Shown here: in pieces, positions 38,094 through 48,132 of the stretch | Layout of the letters: the number at the start of each line of letters is the position of its first letter | Numbering within the stretch: position 1 is the stretch's first letter | Origin: Reclinomonas americana ATCC 50394 | Taxonomy: Eukaryota | Assembly (NCBI GenBank): GCA_048213135.1 | Contig: PS015009.1 | Coordinates: 1,798,001-1,862,000, forward strand | Direction of reading: 5' to 3' | DNA length: 64,000 nucleotides | Made by a program: the position numbers and the translations under genes | Notes under the pieces: model-generated | The model's input: the letters and a program-made list of their open reading frames with translations, nothing else | Database searches by the model: none | Told to the model about the DNA's origin: nothing

Positions 38094-38986
38094 TGGAAAC
38101 ACCGGTTTTATTTTCGATAATCATACCTACTTATAACAGGGCCTCTTTCATTGTCAATACCATCAACGCGTTTGTGGCTCAATCCTACCCGCGTTTTGAG
38201 ATCATTGTGGTGGATGACGGCAGCAAGGATAATACCGAAGAGGTGATGAAGTCGGTGACCGACCCCAGGGTAAGCTATCATAAAAAGGAAAATGGTGAGC
38301 GGGGAGCGGCCCGTAATTACGGGCTCGCCATTGCCAAAGGTGATTATGTGAACTTCTTCGACAGCGACGACCTGGCTTACCCAACGCACCTGGAAGCCGC
38401 TTGCAGGGCGGTGCTGCAATTGGGGCATCCTGAAATTTTTCATATGGGATACGATATCAAATCCCCTGAAGGAAAACTGTTATCAGAGCACAACAGCTTC
38501 AACGGCGATATAGAAAAATATGCCATCCGAACCAAGCAGGTAAGCATCAACGCCCTGTTTGTAAAACGCCAGGTGGCGGATGCCATCCGGTTTTCAGAGA
38601 ATCGCCTTCTCTCTGCTTCAGAAGACGCACTCTTTCTCTGCCAGCTTTGTGCCAGGTACCCGCTCAAGTATGATAATACCATCACCTCCACCATTATTGA
38701 GCACGACAGCCGCAGCATGGTTGTTGCCAATGAACAGCAATTGCTGAACAGGCGTAAGTTCATGATTGAAGGATTGGAAGCAGACAGCGTTTTTATGGAA
38801 AAATACAAAAACGACATACCTTATATCGCCAGGGAATTCGACTACCTGCTTTGCCTGAGCAGCCTGTCGCAAAAAAACAATAAAAAGGCACTGCAATATT
38901 TCCGGTCTTATAACAGCAGCAACAATAATTTATTCAGTGCCCGAACCCTGGTCTTCATTAAGAAATATATGAGCAACTGGTTTTAA
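38093..38986 (+). CDS. Glycosyltransferase family 2
   Basis: SIIIPTYNR, VDDGS, ARNYG, FFDSDD. Confidence 0.9.
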   Translation: METPVLFSIIIPTYNRASFIVNTINAFVAQSYPRFEIIVVDDGSKDNTEEVMKSVTDPRVSYHKKENGERGAARNYGLAIAKGDYVNFFDSDDLAYPTHLEAACRAVLQLGHPEIFHMGYDIKSPEGKLLSEHNSFNGDIEKYAIRTKQVSINALFVKRQVADAIRFSENRLLSASEDALFLCQLCARYPLKYDNTITSTIIEHDSRSMVVANEQQLLNRRKFMIEGLEADSVFMEKYKNDIPYIAREFDYLLCLSSLSQKNNKKALQYFRSYNSSNNNLFSARTLVFIKKYMSNWF

Positions 38987-39218
38987 CTGCCTGGGGCCGC
39001 GCTAATATTAATTTATATCACGTATATGCGTCTGTCATGCTGTTCATGGGGACTTACTCAAAACAGACATTGTTGATCCGGTCAATATTTCCATTCCATG
39101 GACATGGCTGCGGGTGGGATCATTTACCCGGCGGTAAACCGCGTTATGTACCTGCTTGCGGAAAAACCCACTAAGCGTACCCTCGATAATTTAAAGAAGA
39201 AAAAATTAACCATCGACA

Positions 39219-40280
39219 ATGACCGGGAACAGAAAAAGTTTACAATGGATACAGGTGTTGCGGGGCGTTGCCAGTTTACTGGTGGTATTGCTGCACATTT
39301 CCGTGATCTTTTCCGAAACATTCGGACGTCCATTCCTGTGGGATATATTCCTGTTCGGGGGAAGCGGCGTGGATATATTTTTCGTGCTGAGTGGTTTTAT
39401 CATCACCTATACCAACCTGCGTAACCTGGGGCATCCTTCAGCCTCGGGTGATTTCGTTAAACGCCGGTTTGTACGGATATTTCCCATTTACTGGATCATC
39501 ATTACCGGGCTGATCATTGTCCGCCTCCTGTTGCCGGCATTGTACAAAACCGGTGTCAGCTTTGACCCTGCAGGCCTGCTCTCTACTTATTTATTACTCC
39601 CCGATCATTTTATGGTCAATGGTGTAAGCTGGTCGCTCACCAATGAACTTTTCTTTTACCTGCTTTTTCTTATAGGTTTTCTTATTCCATCCAGGAAGGT
39701 TTGCCTTTTCCTGCTCTGTGCCTACGGAGCGGCACTGGTTATCCTGGGGCTAACGGGCTATTCTTTCGAAGGCGGCAACAGCATAACGCGGCTCCTGTTT
39801 TTTCCCATGAATACAGAGTTCTTCCTGGGGGTGATTGTCGCGCTGGTCTTTTCCCGGCTCAATACCTTTCAGGCCCGGGCCATTCTCATCACGGGCATAT
39901 TGCTGTTTGTAACCGGGGCGGTACTTTACAACATGAATATCGTTTTAACCGGAACTCCATTCAACCGGGTGTTGCTTTTTGGAGTGCCGTCCTTCTTTCT
40001 TATCCTTGGCGTAGTGGCACTGGAAAACCGGAAAACATTTGTTGTACATAATATTTTCTTATCGCTTGGCGACGCGTCCTATTCCATTTACCTGTTTCAC
40101 CTGCCGGTAGTGGCGGCATTCTATAAGATACTGGCACGGCTGCACATCACCAATCTTCCGGTTATTTACCTGTTGTCGGGCGTGCTCCTGTTCATCATCG
40201 CGATCGGGGGCATCCTCATTTATAATAAAATCGAAAAACCATTGATCAGGGTACTGAATGAGAAACTGGTCGGGAAGTAA
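39219..40280 (+). CDS. Acyltransferase family 3 (OafA/ExoZ-like) membrane O-acyltransferase
   Basis: LRGVASLLVVLLH, GVDIFFVLSGFII, RRFVRIFP.YW, WSLTNELFFY, GDASYSIYLFH. Confidence 0.9.
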   Translation: MTGNRKSLQWIQVLRGVASLLVVLLHISVIFSETFGRPFLWDIFLFGGSGVDIFFVLSGFIITYTNLRNLGHPSASGDFVKRRFVRIFPIYWIIITGLIIVRLLLPALYKTGVSFDPAGLLSTYLLLPDHFMVNGVSWSLTNELFFYLLFLIGFLIPSRKVCLFLLCAYGAALVILGLTGYSFEGGNSITRLLFFPMNTEFFLGVIVALVFSRLNTFQARAILITGILLFVTGAVLYNMNIVLTGTPFNRVLLFGVPSFFLILGVVALENRKTFVVHNIFLSLGDASYSIYLFHLPVVAAFYKILARLHITNLPVIYLLSGVLLFIIAIGGILIYNKIEKPLIRVLNEKLVGK

Positions 40281-41371
40281 TGAAAATACTGCATGTACTA
40301 TATTCAGGACTGGGCGGACATGGTAATGTTTTTTTTTCCATGGTGCAGGCCGATAAGGCACGCGAATTCACATACGAAGCGCTTTTTAATGGCATTGAGG
40401 ACATAAGAGAGGAGTACCGGCAGCGTTGCCAGGTGGCGGGCATTAACTGGACTTTCGTTAAAAAGAAAGTGGGGTTCGATCCTGGTTTCTATATGCGGCT
40501 CATGGGCACCATCAGGAAAATAAAGCCGGACATCATTTTTCTGCACGGAAGCACACAGGTTTTCTGGGCAAGAGTGGCTGCCTTTTTCAGCAATCACAAA
40601 TGCAGGATCATTGTACGGGAAACGCAGGCCAATCACCTGAAGACCAAACAGGACTGGCTGTGGCTCTCTGTAGCCATGGTTGTATCCGGTAAGATCGTTT
40701 TTCTCACAGAAGCCTATCGCGACCAGATCAGGAAAAAACTTGCCTGGCTGTACCGCGAAAAAAAGATACGCGTAATACCCAATGGCATCAACCTGGAGCA
40801 GTTTCATCCTGCAGTACCGCCTGCAGCGGAACCCCTGGTGATCGGTATGCAAAGCCGCGTGGTGCCGATCAAAGATCACGCTACCTTGTTACATGCCTTT
40901 GCAGGTCTTGTTCGTGACCCCGCACTGCGGGAAAAGAAAATGGAATTAAGGATCGCGGGTGACGGGGAAAGCCGTGCCGGCCTTGAAGACCTGGCCAGGA
41001 AACTGGGCATTGAACGACAGGTAATATTCCTGGGAATGATAGCGGAAACAGAGCTGGTTCGCTTCCTGCATCATCTTCATATATATGTTCACGCCTCGTT
41101 TGGAGAAACCATGAGTACGGCCATCATGCAGGCGATGGCTTGCGGAAAACCTGTAGTGGCGTCGGATGTGCCCGGTATCAGTAATATGATCATTGACGGA
41201 GAGACGGGCCTGCTGGTTCCGGCAGGCAATGCCGCGGAATGGCAGCGGATGCTTCAGCAGCTTATCACTGATCCCGGCTTGCAGGCTTCACTGGCCCGTA
41301 ATGCCGAAAAATACGCGATCGATAATTTTTCAAATGAAGTCATGTTCGCCCGGTATAAAACTCTTTTCTGA
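40280..41371 (+). CDS. Glycosyltransferase family 4
   Basis: IPNGI, RVVPIKDH, ETMSTAIMQAMACG. Confidence 0.88.
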   Translation: MKILHVLYSGLGGHGNVFFSMVQADKAREFTYEALFNGIEDIREEYRQRCQVAGINWTFVKKKVGFDPGFYMRLMGTIRKIKPDIIFLHGSTQVFWARVAAFFSNHKCRIIVRETQANHLKTKQDWLWLSVAMVVSGKIVFLTEAYRDQIRKKLAWLYREKKIRVIPNGINLEQFHPAVPPAAEPLVIGMQSRVVPIKDHATLLHAFAGLVRDPALREKKMELRIAGDGESRAGLEDLARKLGIERQVIFLGMIAETELVRFLHHLHIYVHASFGETMSTAIMQAMACGKPVVASDVPGISNMIIDGETGLLVPAGNAAEWQRMLQQLITDPGLQASLARNAEKYAIDNFSNEVMFARYKTLF

Positions 41372-41406
41372 GTAGCCATACCCGGCACTTGCCCTATATT
41401 GCAGAT

Positions 41407-42552
41407 ATGAAGCGCAGAATTTTAATTGATGCCACCACCGTGGTGGAAAAAAAGGATGGCCTTTCCCAGTACATCATCAGTTTGCTCAATAACCTGCCCG
41501 CTGAGGCATGGGAGAAGTATGATTTTTCGGTACTGGTGAATAAAGGACTTAAAAGAGAGGAGTTCTGGGCAGTGGTGCGTAACCGGGGCTACCATGTGGT
41601 TGAAGCCGGTATTGCCCCTATAGGGCCCCGCCGCGACTGGGACATGTTCCGCTTCCTGAAAGCAAATAAAAATTCATTTGATCTTTTTCACAGTACATCC
41701 AATCAATACCCCATGTACCTGAGGAATGGTATTGCCACAGTACACGATATCACCTTCCGCAAATACCTCAACTCCGGCTCACTCACGTTAAAGGTGGCGA
41801 AACAATTTTTGAATACAGTGATCAGGAACGCACTTAAACGTTCTGCCGCTGTAATAGCGGTTTCTGAATATACCCGGAAAGACCTCATCAGCAATTATCA
41901 TCTTTCGGCAAAGCAGGCGGAAAAAATAAAAGTAATACACGAAGGATGGGAGCACCTCAAAGACAATGAGGAACCGCCCGTTCCCGGCGAACGGCTTCCG
42001 GATTGTAAAGGCTATCTTTTTTATGTGGGCACAACCCGGTTGCATAAGAATATGAAAAACCTTTTGAAAGCCTTCCGGATCGCCAGTGACCGGTCGGTAC
42101 TACCATTGAAACTGGTGATCAGTGGTAATGAGACCTACCTGGATGAGGAAGATAAAAAACTGGTGGATGAAATGAATGCCGGGGAAACAAGGATCATTTT
42201 TACAGGTTTTGTTTCCAATGCAGGTCTTGCTCATCTTTTCCGTAACGCGGACGCCTTTATTTTTCCTTCCTTGTCGGAAGGGTTCGGCATTCCTGTTCTG
42301 GAAGCATTTTATTTTGAACGCCCGTTGCTTTGTTCCAATACCACATCCTTACCGGAGATCGCGGGTGATGCAGCCTTGTATTTCGATCCCACCCGTCCGC
42401 AAAGTATCGCGGATGCTATCGGCCAGTTGTACAATCAGCCTGCACTAGCCCTGGATCTTGTACAAAAGGGACGGGAAAGACTGAAGCACTTTTCATGGAA
42501 ACGGGCTGCGGATGAAACAATGGCCCTGTATGAAGAAGTGCTTAACCGCTGA
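41407..42552 (+). CDS. Glycosyltransferase family 4 (mannosyltransferase-like)
   Basis: TVHD, AVSEYT, HKN, FPSLSEGFGIPVLEA, SLPEIAGDAA. Confidence 0.88.
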   Translation: MKRRILIDATTVVEKKDGLSQYIISLLNNLPAEAWEKYDFSVLVNKGLKREEFWAVVRNRGYHVVEAGIAPIGPRRDWDMFRFLKANKNSFDLFHSTSNQYPMYLRNGIATVHDITFRKYLNSGSLTLKVAKQFLNTVIRNALKRSAAVIAVSEYTRKDLISNYHLSAKQAEKIKVIHEGWEHLKDNEEPPVPGERLPDCKGYLFYVGTTRLHKNMKNLLKAFRIASDRSVLPLKLVISGNETYLDEEDKKLVDEMNAGETRIIFTGFVSNAGLAHLFRNADAFIFPSLSEGFGIPVLEAFYFERPLLCSNTTSLPEIAGDAALYFDPTRPQSIADAIGQLYNQPALALDLVQKGRERLKHFSWKRAADETMALYEEVLNR

Positions 42553-42557
42553 CAGGA

Positions 42558-44648
42558 TCAGGGCAGGTTCACACTGACTTTTTTATAGCTTACCGACCAG
42601 CTTACCGGGCTTTTAGGAAGTCCTTTGAATTCCAGTATATGTTTTCCGAGCGAAGCGTCAAAACGTATCCTCCATTCCGCCGCGGCCATCCCGTTTTCTT
42701 TCAGTGATGTTCCTATGGGGTCATCTTTTTTCAAAACAGGTATCCCATTCGTCATGCGGTAATGCAGCACCCGGCTTTCGATCCATACCCCGGCCTGGCT
42801 GATGGCCTTAATACCGATCTCATAACTGACCAGTGCATTGTTATCAATCTGTCCTATAACAGGAAAATAAGGTGTCCACTCCGCATCCTGGGTTATGAAT
42901 GGTCTTTCGATCGGTACATTGATGTCCGCGAAATCTTTCGACGATAAGTCTGTCCCCATCGTTCCTTCTTTCAGCGGTTTCCATCCCAGCACTGTCTTTC
43001 CCGAATAAATGTCCTGCTTTTCCGCATTGAAAATAAGTTCGCCCGGATGATAGCGTACACCCGAATACATGAGGTTGCCCGAATTATTGATGGTTTGTGG
43101 CCTGATGTTGCTCATGCTGATGGATCCGTAATTATAACCAGCTACAAAGCCCAGCTTGTCATTCATACCGCTGAGGTATAATGTACCGTTTTTGTATTGA
43201 GGTATTTTATCAGCGAAAAAAAGATTGTTGATGCCGGAAGGTGTAATATTCACCTGCTTATTATCAGCATTGTTTTTTATAGTAATACCTCCGCCTGGTG
43301 CCGTGTTCAGCATATTGACCACGCCATTTGCCGCGGCGGGGAATGCGATGATATCATTGGTAAAGTAGGCCTGGTTGTCCATCGCCTTCAGGTATACTCC
43401 TCCTTCCTGTCCGTTATTCTGCCCGTTGATGGTGATGGATCGGGCTCCCATTTTCCCCTTTAACTGGTAAGATTCTGTATATGGGTTCAGCAGTAAATTC
43501 TTGGCATTGGGATTCGTCATGGCGTATGCGCCACCTGACTGGTAAGACTTCGACCTGTCCCAGGGTTTGATGTTGGGCATGTCGGTCTCCGTTTGTTCCC
43601 AGTACTTTGGCGACAGATCGGGTTGCTTATTGATATTATCTAGGGCATCATCATTCAGCGCTCTCCATATTTTCCCATTATAAGTAACGGCCACCTCAAT
43701 GCGATCGGGGCGGGTTTCATAACGGCCGTTATTGGACATATGTGGTTGTATCCAGGTATTGCCCAGGAATCCCCGGTCAAATATACCCCAGCGCTCATTG
43801 GACACAGCGCTGCAATTGTTGAATACGATGGTATTGGCGTCACAACCGTCAATCCAGAAACCATTATAACATTCGGTAGCCTGGCAGTCTGTAAATGATG
43901 ACCCGTCGGCATTCCCATACCCTGAAGCGGCTTTTGAAAAGGCTGCGCAGGCAGATAAATGAAAGCCGTCACCATTGTAATTGGAAATCACTTCCACATT
44001 GGTGAAATTGACGACGGAATTGATGTCGAAGCTGTGACTTTTTTTATCGTGCGCTGCTGTAGGTGCGTAAGACCGCATGAGGATATTGGTGACCTTCACG
44101 AAGTTGCTCACTTGTCCGGCCGGCGTATTGTAATAAGCCGGAATGCTGATGCCTGTTGTGTTAGGAGCGATCTGCAGCAGTGAAGAAGGACGGCGGGTTT
44201 GACCGGTACCTTTCAATTCTATGTTTTTAAGTACCAGCGGTTGTTTCAGGAAATACCAGGTGTTGCTCGGGCATTCCGATAACTGGAGTATGTGGAAACG
44301 ATTGCTGTTCCGGTTGATATAATCCTGGGCGGCAGCGAAAAGAGGTTGAAGATCGGTTGATGTGTTTTGTGCCGGGAAGGCGCCGTACCATTTGATAAAG
44401 ATGACGTCACCTTCCACATTACGCAGCCATTTGCGCCCTGCCCTGTCGGCGAAAACCATTCCGTTATCCACCGGGTCGGTTCCGGAATACGGACTGAAGT
44501 TTCCCCCTCTTTCGGGGTCAGTTACCACCAGCATATCCGCGGCCTGGCTGAAACTGCCGATATCTTTGATATTGTTCAGCTTCATGTTTACTTGTGCCTT
44601 ACTGCCCAGGCTGCAGAGCAGGCAGGTTATTGCGATAGCATATTTCAT
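42558..44648 (-). CDS. Secreted right-handed beta-helix protein (tailspike / pectate-lyase-like, putative polysaccharide depolymerase)
   Basis: Signal peptide MKYAIAITCLLCSLGSKA-Q; GGNF...DNGMVF...KWLR...IKWYGA cap; Asn/Gly-rich beta-helix rungs. Confidence 0.6.
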   Translation of the reverse strand: MKYAIAITCLLCSLGSKAQVNMKLNNIKDIGSFSQAADMLVVTDPERGGNFSPYSGTDPVDNGMVFADRAGRKWLRNVEGDVIFIKWYGAFPAQNTSTDLQPLFAAAQDYINRNSNRFHILQLSECPSNTWYFLKQPLVLKNIELKGTGQTRRPSSLLQIAPNTTGISIPAYYNTPAGQVSNFVKVTNILMRSYAPTAAHDKKSHSFDINSVVNFTNVEVISNYNGDGFHLSACAAFSKAASGYGNADGSSFTDCQATECYNGFWIDGCDANTIVFNNCSAVSNERWGIFDRGFLGNTWIQPHMSNNGRYETRPDRIEVAVTYNGKIWRALNDDALDNINKQPDLSPKYWEQTETDMPNIKPWDRSKSYQSGGAYAMTNPNAKNLLLNPYTESYQLKGKMGARSITINGQNNGQEGGVYLKAMDNQAYFTNDIIAFPAAANGVVNMLNTAPGGGITIKNNADNKQVNITPSGINNLFFADKIPQYKNGTLYLSGMNDKLGFVAGYNYGSISMSNIRPQTINNSGNLMYSGVRYHPGELIFNAEKQDIYSGKTVLGWKPLKEGTMGTDLSSKDFADINVPIERPFITQDAEWTPYFPVIGQIDNNALVSYEIGIKAISQAGVWIESRVLHYRMTNGIPVLKKDDPIGTSLKENGMAAAEWRIRFDASLGKHILEFKGLPKSPVSWSVSYKKVSVNLP

Positions 44649-44674
44649 ACTGAGAATTAGCTTTTTGAAGAACT

Positions 44675-46012
44675 TCAACCGTCAGATAATAAGGCTTTTT
44701 TATTCCTGAGATAAATGCTGAGCAGCAGAAAATAGTAAAAAGGAAGTACCGGCAACCGGTACCGTACGAGGGTACCGAAATTAAAAGTGGTAAAACCTAC
44801 GATCGCCGCGAGCAATATCACAAAAATAAAGGCAAAGAAAATGAAAGGATCGCTTACGAGGTAACGAAAGAACCTGACCACCCTGCACTTTAACAAAATA
44901 TAAATGGTGGCCAGCAGTGTCAGGAAAGATTCAAGAGCTGAGAAAAACATAATAGGTTTCCGGGTTTCCCACAGGAAAGGTCTGAAAAGCGTGGTGAATA
45001 TGGCCATCGGGCTTCTGAGGATAAGCCCGCTGAGACTAAAATCAAAATCGCTCGTGGTAAAACTGGCAACACTTCTTTCGTCGTCATTGCTGGCATTGGC
45101 GTACGATCCCTTGAACACTTCGATCTGGCTTTTGGATTCTTCAATGATGGACTCCATATTCGAGGAAGCGCTGATGGCTACGAAAGCAGCACTTACCAGC
45201 AGGATCACTATGACCAGGCTAAGTTTGATGATATTGCCCTTGCTTTTGATCAACACCTGCAATACATAGGCCAGTACACAGGAGACGGCCAAAACACTGG
45301 CGATGTAGCTTTTTACCAGGAAAAGAAGGTAAAAGCAAACGACTGTAAGGATAATCTCCCTGATGGAAATTTCCTTGCGTACAAAGAGTTTATACACGCC
45401 ATGAACAATGAACCCAACAAACCCCAGGCACAGGGAATCCTTCATGAGCCCGCTTCCCCAGAAACATATTGAGGGCATGTAGAGTATCGAATAAGCAAGT
45501 ATCTTTTCCGATCTCTTCTCCAGTATCTCACTGAATACACTGAAAAGCCGCCAGGCGCCTGCGAAGGCAAAAAGCCCGAAAAACAGGGAAATGACAACAT
45601 AGCTGTTGAAAGAGATGTACGACAGCAGCGCCGATACCTTCATGATCACGAGGTTGGAAGTGGACTGTATACCTGTCGGCAATTCCAGGTCGCCAAAACC
45701 ACCAAGTGTATAGCGTTTCAGAAAATCATCCCCGGTCATGGTAATGGTATTCAGGGGATTTCCATCAAGATGAATGGTTTTACGAAGGAAGTTGCTGCCC
45801 ATGTAAAAACCGAAAGAATCCCCGTAACCGTAATAATATTGGATCACCAGGCAATAAAGAAAAGATCCGGATATGTGCAGGAGGAAAGCGGTGTTAAAGT
45901 ATTTTCTCTGGTCGGCTGACTCCATTTTCTTTGCCCTGATGATAATGATCCAATAAAAAAGGAACACATACACAGGCAAAAGAAGAAAGTCATATATGTC
46001 GATGAATTGCAT
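44675..46012 (-). CDS. Polytopic membrane protein, GT-C / Wzy-like
   Basis: Many TM segments; YGYGDS, FWGSGLMKD, RPFLWE, NFGTLVRY; paralog of 56098-57441; ATG 46012. Confidence 0.6.
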   Translation of the reverse strand: MQFIDIYDFLLLPVYVFLFYWIIIIRAKKMESADQRKYFNTAFLLHISGSFLYCLVIQYYYGYGDSFGFYMGSNFLRKTIHLDGNPLNTITMTGDDFLKRYTLGGFGDLELPTGIQSTSNLVIMKVSALLSYISFNSYVVISLFFGLFAFAGAWRLFSVFSEILEKRSEKILAYSILYMPSICFWGSGLMKDSLCLGFVGFIVHGVYKLFVRKEISIREIILTVVCFYLLFLVKSYIASVLAVSCVLAYVLQVLIKSKGNIIKLSLVIVILLVSAAFVAISASSNMESIIEESKSQIEVFKGSYANASNDDERSVASFTTSDFDFSLSGLILRSPMAIFTTLFRPFLWETRKPIMFFSALESFLTLLATIYILLKCRVVRFFRYLVSDPFIFFAFIFVILLAAIVGFTTFNFGTLVRYRLPVLPFYYFLLLSIYLRNKKALLSDG

Positions 46013-46131
46013 GGAGTTAAAATGTTGGCACAAGATAAGTAAATACGGCGAGCCGGCTTGTGCCTGCATACCCGGGATGAGAGCAGGTACAGGAGTACCA
46101 GATTTCTGCTGGTGGTTAGACACCTTCCACT

Positions 46132-46139
46132 TAACTTTG
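46132..46139 (+). promoter_or_regulatory. Bacteroidota -7 promoter element
   Basis: TAACTTTG upstream of asnB. Confidence 0.55.
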
Positions 46140-46158
46140 CAACGAAAATCTTATATAT

Positions 46159-48069
46159 ATGTGTGGCATCTCCGGCTTTGCGGATTTCAATAAAAAAACT
46201 ACCCGTACCGATCTGGAAAAAATGAACCGTAGCATGGCGCACCGGGGCCCTGACGGGGAGGGGTATGCCATATACGATACAGCGGGAGCAGTTGTAGGAT
46301 TGGGGCACCGCAGGCTCAGCATAATCGACCTCACAGAAGGAGGAAGCCAGCCAAAAAGCTATGAAACGCTGCATATTACTTTTAATGGTGAAGTCTATAA
46401 TTACGAGGAGATAAAATCAATACTGGAACAAAAGGGTCACAGGTTCGACAGCCACAGTGATACGGAAGTGATCCTTCACGCTTACCAGGAATGGGGGAGC
46501 GAAGCCCTGCAGCAATTTGTAGGGATGTTCAGCTTCGCTATATATGATGAAAAGAACGGAAAGTTATTCGCCTGCCGCGACAGGGCCGGTGTTAAACCTT
46601 TTTTTTACTACTGGAATGAGGGGCTGCTTATTTTTGCTTCGGAACTGAAAGCGCTTGTACAGCATCCGGCATTCAAAAAAGAGATCAGCATTGACGCTGC
46701 AGGAGCCTATCTGCAATATGGTTATGTACCTACACCCCACTGTATATACAAGAACACGTATAAATTAAAGCCCGGGCATTTTCTTGAACTGGACCTGAAC
46801 TCCCGTACACTCAATACACAGCAATATTGGAATGTTTACGATGCCTATAATCAGCCACAGCTTGATATCAGCATGGAAGAAGCATTGAGCGAAACGGAAA
46901 AGGTACTTGCCAAAGCATTTCAATATCGTATGGTAAGCGATGTACCCGTTGGCGTTTTCCTGAGCGGGGGGTACGACAGCGCCTGCGTAACCTCTCTTTT
47001 ACAGGTGAACAATACGGAGCGGATTAAAACTTTCACCATAGGAGTTCCTGATGCCGGTCTGAATGAAGCACCTTACGCGAAAGATGTGGCAGCCCATCTA
47101 GGGACGGATCATACAGAATATTACTGTACACAAAAAGAAGCCCTGGAAATAGTTCCGCAACTACCTTTTTTTTATGACGAACCCTTTGCCGACAGCAGTG
47201 CTATTCCCACTACGCTGGTGAGCAGGATCGCCCGTGAAAAGGTAACCGTAGCGCTTTCCGCCGATGCCGGTGATGAAATATTTGCCGGGTATAACCGCTA
47301 TGACTATATCATGCGGTATGGAACAAAACTGAAAAAAATACCAGGGTTTATCCGCAAAACCGTAGCGGCTACCATGAATATGGTTCCGGCCGACAATATT
47401 CCCGTTCTCAATAAAAAATACCTGTTCCACAGCCGTTATGAAAAGCTGAAAACTTTTCTAAAGAATCCGTCTGAGGAAAATATACTGCTCAATATTACCA
47501 GGCAGATGAGCGATAAAGAGATCGCGTCGCTTTTTAAAGCACCCATACACCGGTTGATAACGGCATTCGACAGCAAAGAGCTGGCACAGGTCAATCATTC
47601 ACCCCTGACCTATATGATGGCTGTTGATTACCAGACTTACCTGCTCGACGACATCCTCCAGAAAGTAGACAGGGCCACGATGAGCGTCAGCCTGGAAGGA
47701 AGAGAACCCTTCCTCGATCAGCATATCATTGAATGGGCGGCCCGGCTTCCCATGCAGTATAAATATAATAATGGTAACAAAAAGTTCATCATTAAGGAGA
47801 TCGTACACAAATACATTCCTAAGGAAATGATGGACAGGCCTAAAATGGGATTCGGTATTCCCATCGCCAGCTGGCTGGAGAAAGAGCTGAAGCCTTTTGT
47901 AGACCGGTATTTTGATGAAGCCTTTATCGAAAAACAGGGGCTTTTCAATAATGAAGTGATCCAGCGGTACAGGAGATCATTCTATAACGGCCGTAAAGAA
48001 AGGGCGGAAAGAATATGGTTCATCCTGATGTTCCAGATGTGGTACGATAAGTGGATGAATAATAATTAA
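46159..48069 (+). CDS. asnB: Asparagine synthase-like glutamine amidotransferase (probably sugar amidation)
   Basis: N-terminal MCGI, HRGPD, FNGEVYN, FLSGGYDS, ADAGDEIFAGY, RPKMGF. Confidence 0.92.
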   Translation: MCGISGFADFNKKTTRTDLEKMNRSMAHRGPDGEGYAIYDTAGAVVGLGHRRLSIIDLTEGGSQPKSYETLHITFNGEVYNYEEIKSILEQKGHRFDSHSDTEVILHAYQEWGSEALQQFVGMFSFAIYDEKNGKLFACRDRAGVKPFFYYWNEGLLIFASELKALVQHPAFKKEISIDAAGAYLQYGYVPTPHCIYKNTYKLKPGHFLELDLNSRTLNTQQYWNVYDAYNQPQLDISMEEALSETEKVLAKAFQYRMVSDVPVGVFLSGGYDSACVTSLLQVNNTERIKTFTIGVPDAGLNEAPYAKDVAAHLGTDHTEYYCTQKEALEIVPQLPFFYDEPFADSSAIPTTLVSRIAREKVTVALSADAGDEIFAGYNRYDYIMRYGTKLKKIPGFIRKTVAATMNMVPADNIPVLNKKYLFHSRYEKLKTFLKNPSEENILLNITRQMSDKEIASLFKAPIHRLITAFDSKELAQVNHSPLTYMMAVDYQTYLLDDILQKVDRATMSVSLEGREPFLDQHIIEWAARLPMQYKYNNGNKKFIIKEIVHKYIPKEMMDRPKMGFGIPIASWLEKELKPFVDRYFDEAFIEKQGLFNNEVIQRYRRSFYNGRKERAERIWFILMFQMWYDKWMNNN

Positions 48070-48132
48070 CGGTGCGGGTGCGTTATGAAGTGTGCATAAA
48101 AGAGACATCAATCATAACATATAATTTAACTC

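Noticed and set aside
39098-39424. 108-aa ORF before the acyltransferase
   Set aside because: Overlaps the acyltransferase out of frame and shows no motifs; a gene remnant in 38987-39218 could not be supported
42558-44648. Prophage remnant
   Set aside because: No other phage genes, integrase or att-like repeats, and the protein has a host-type signal peptide
46013-46123. Longer start for the GT-C-like protein
   Set aside because: The paralog at 57441 aligns from ATG 46012; the extension occupies the divergent promoter region
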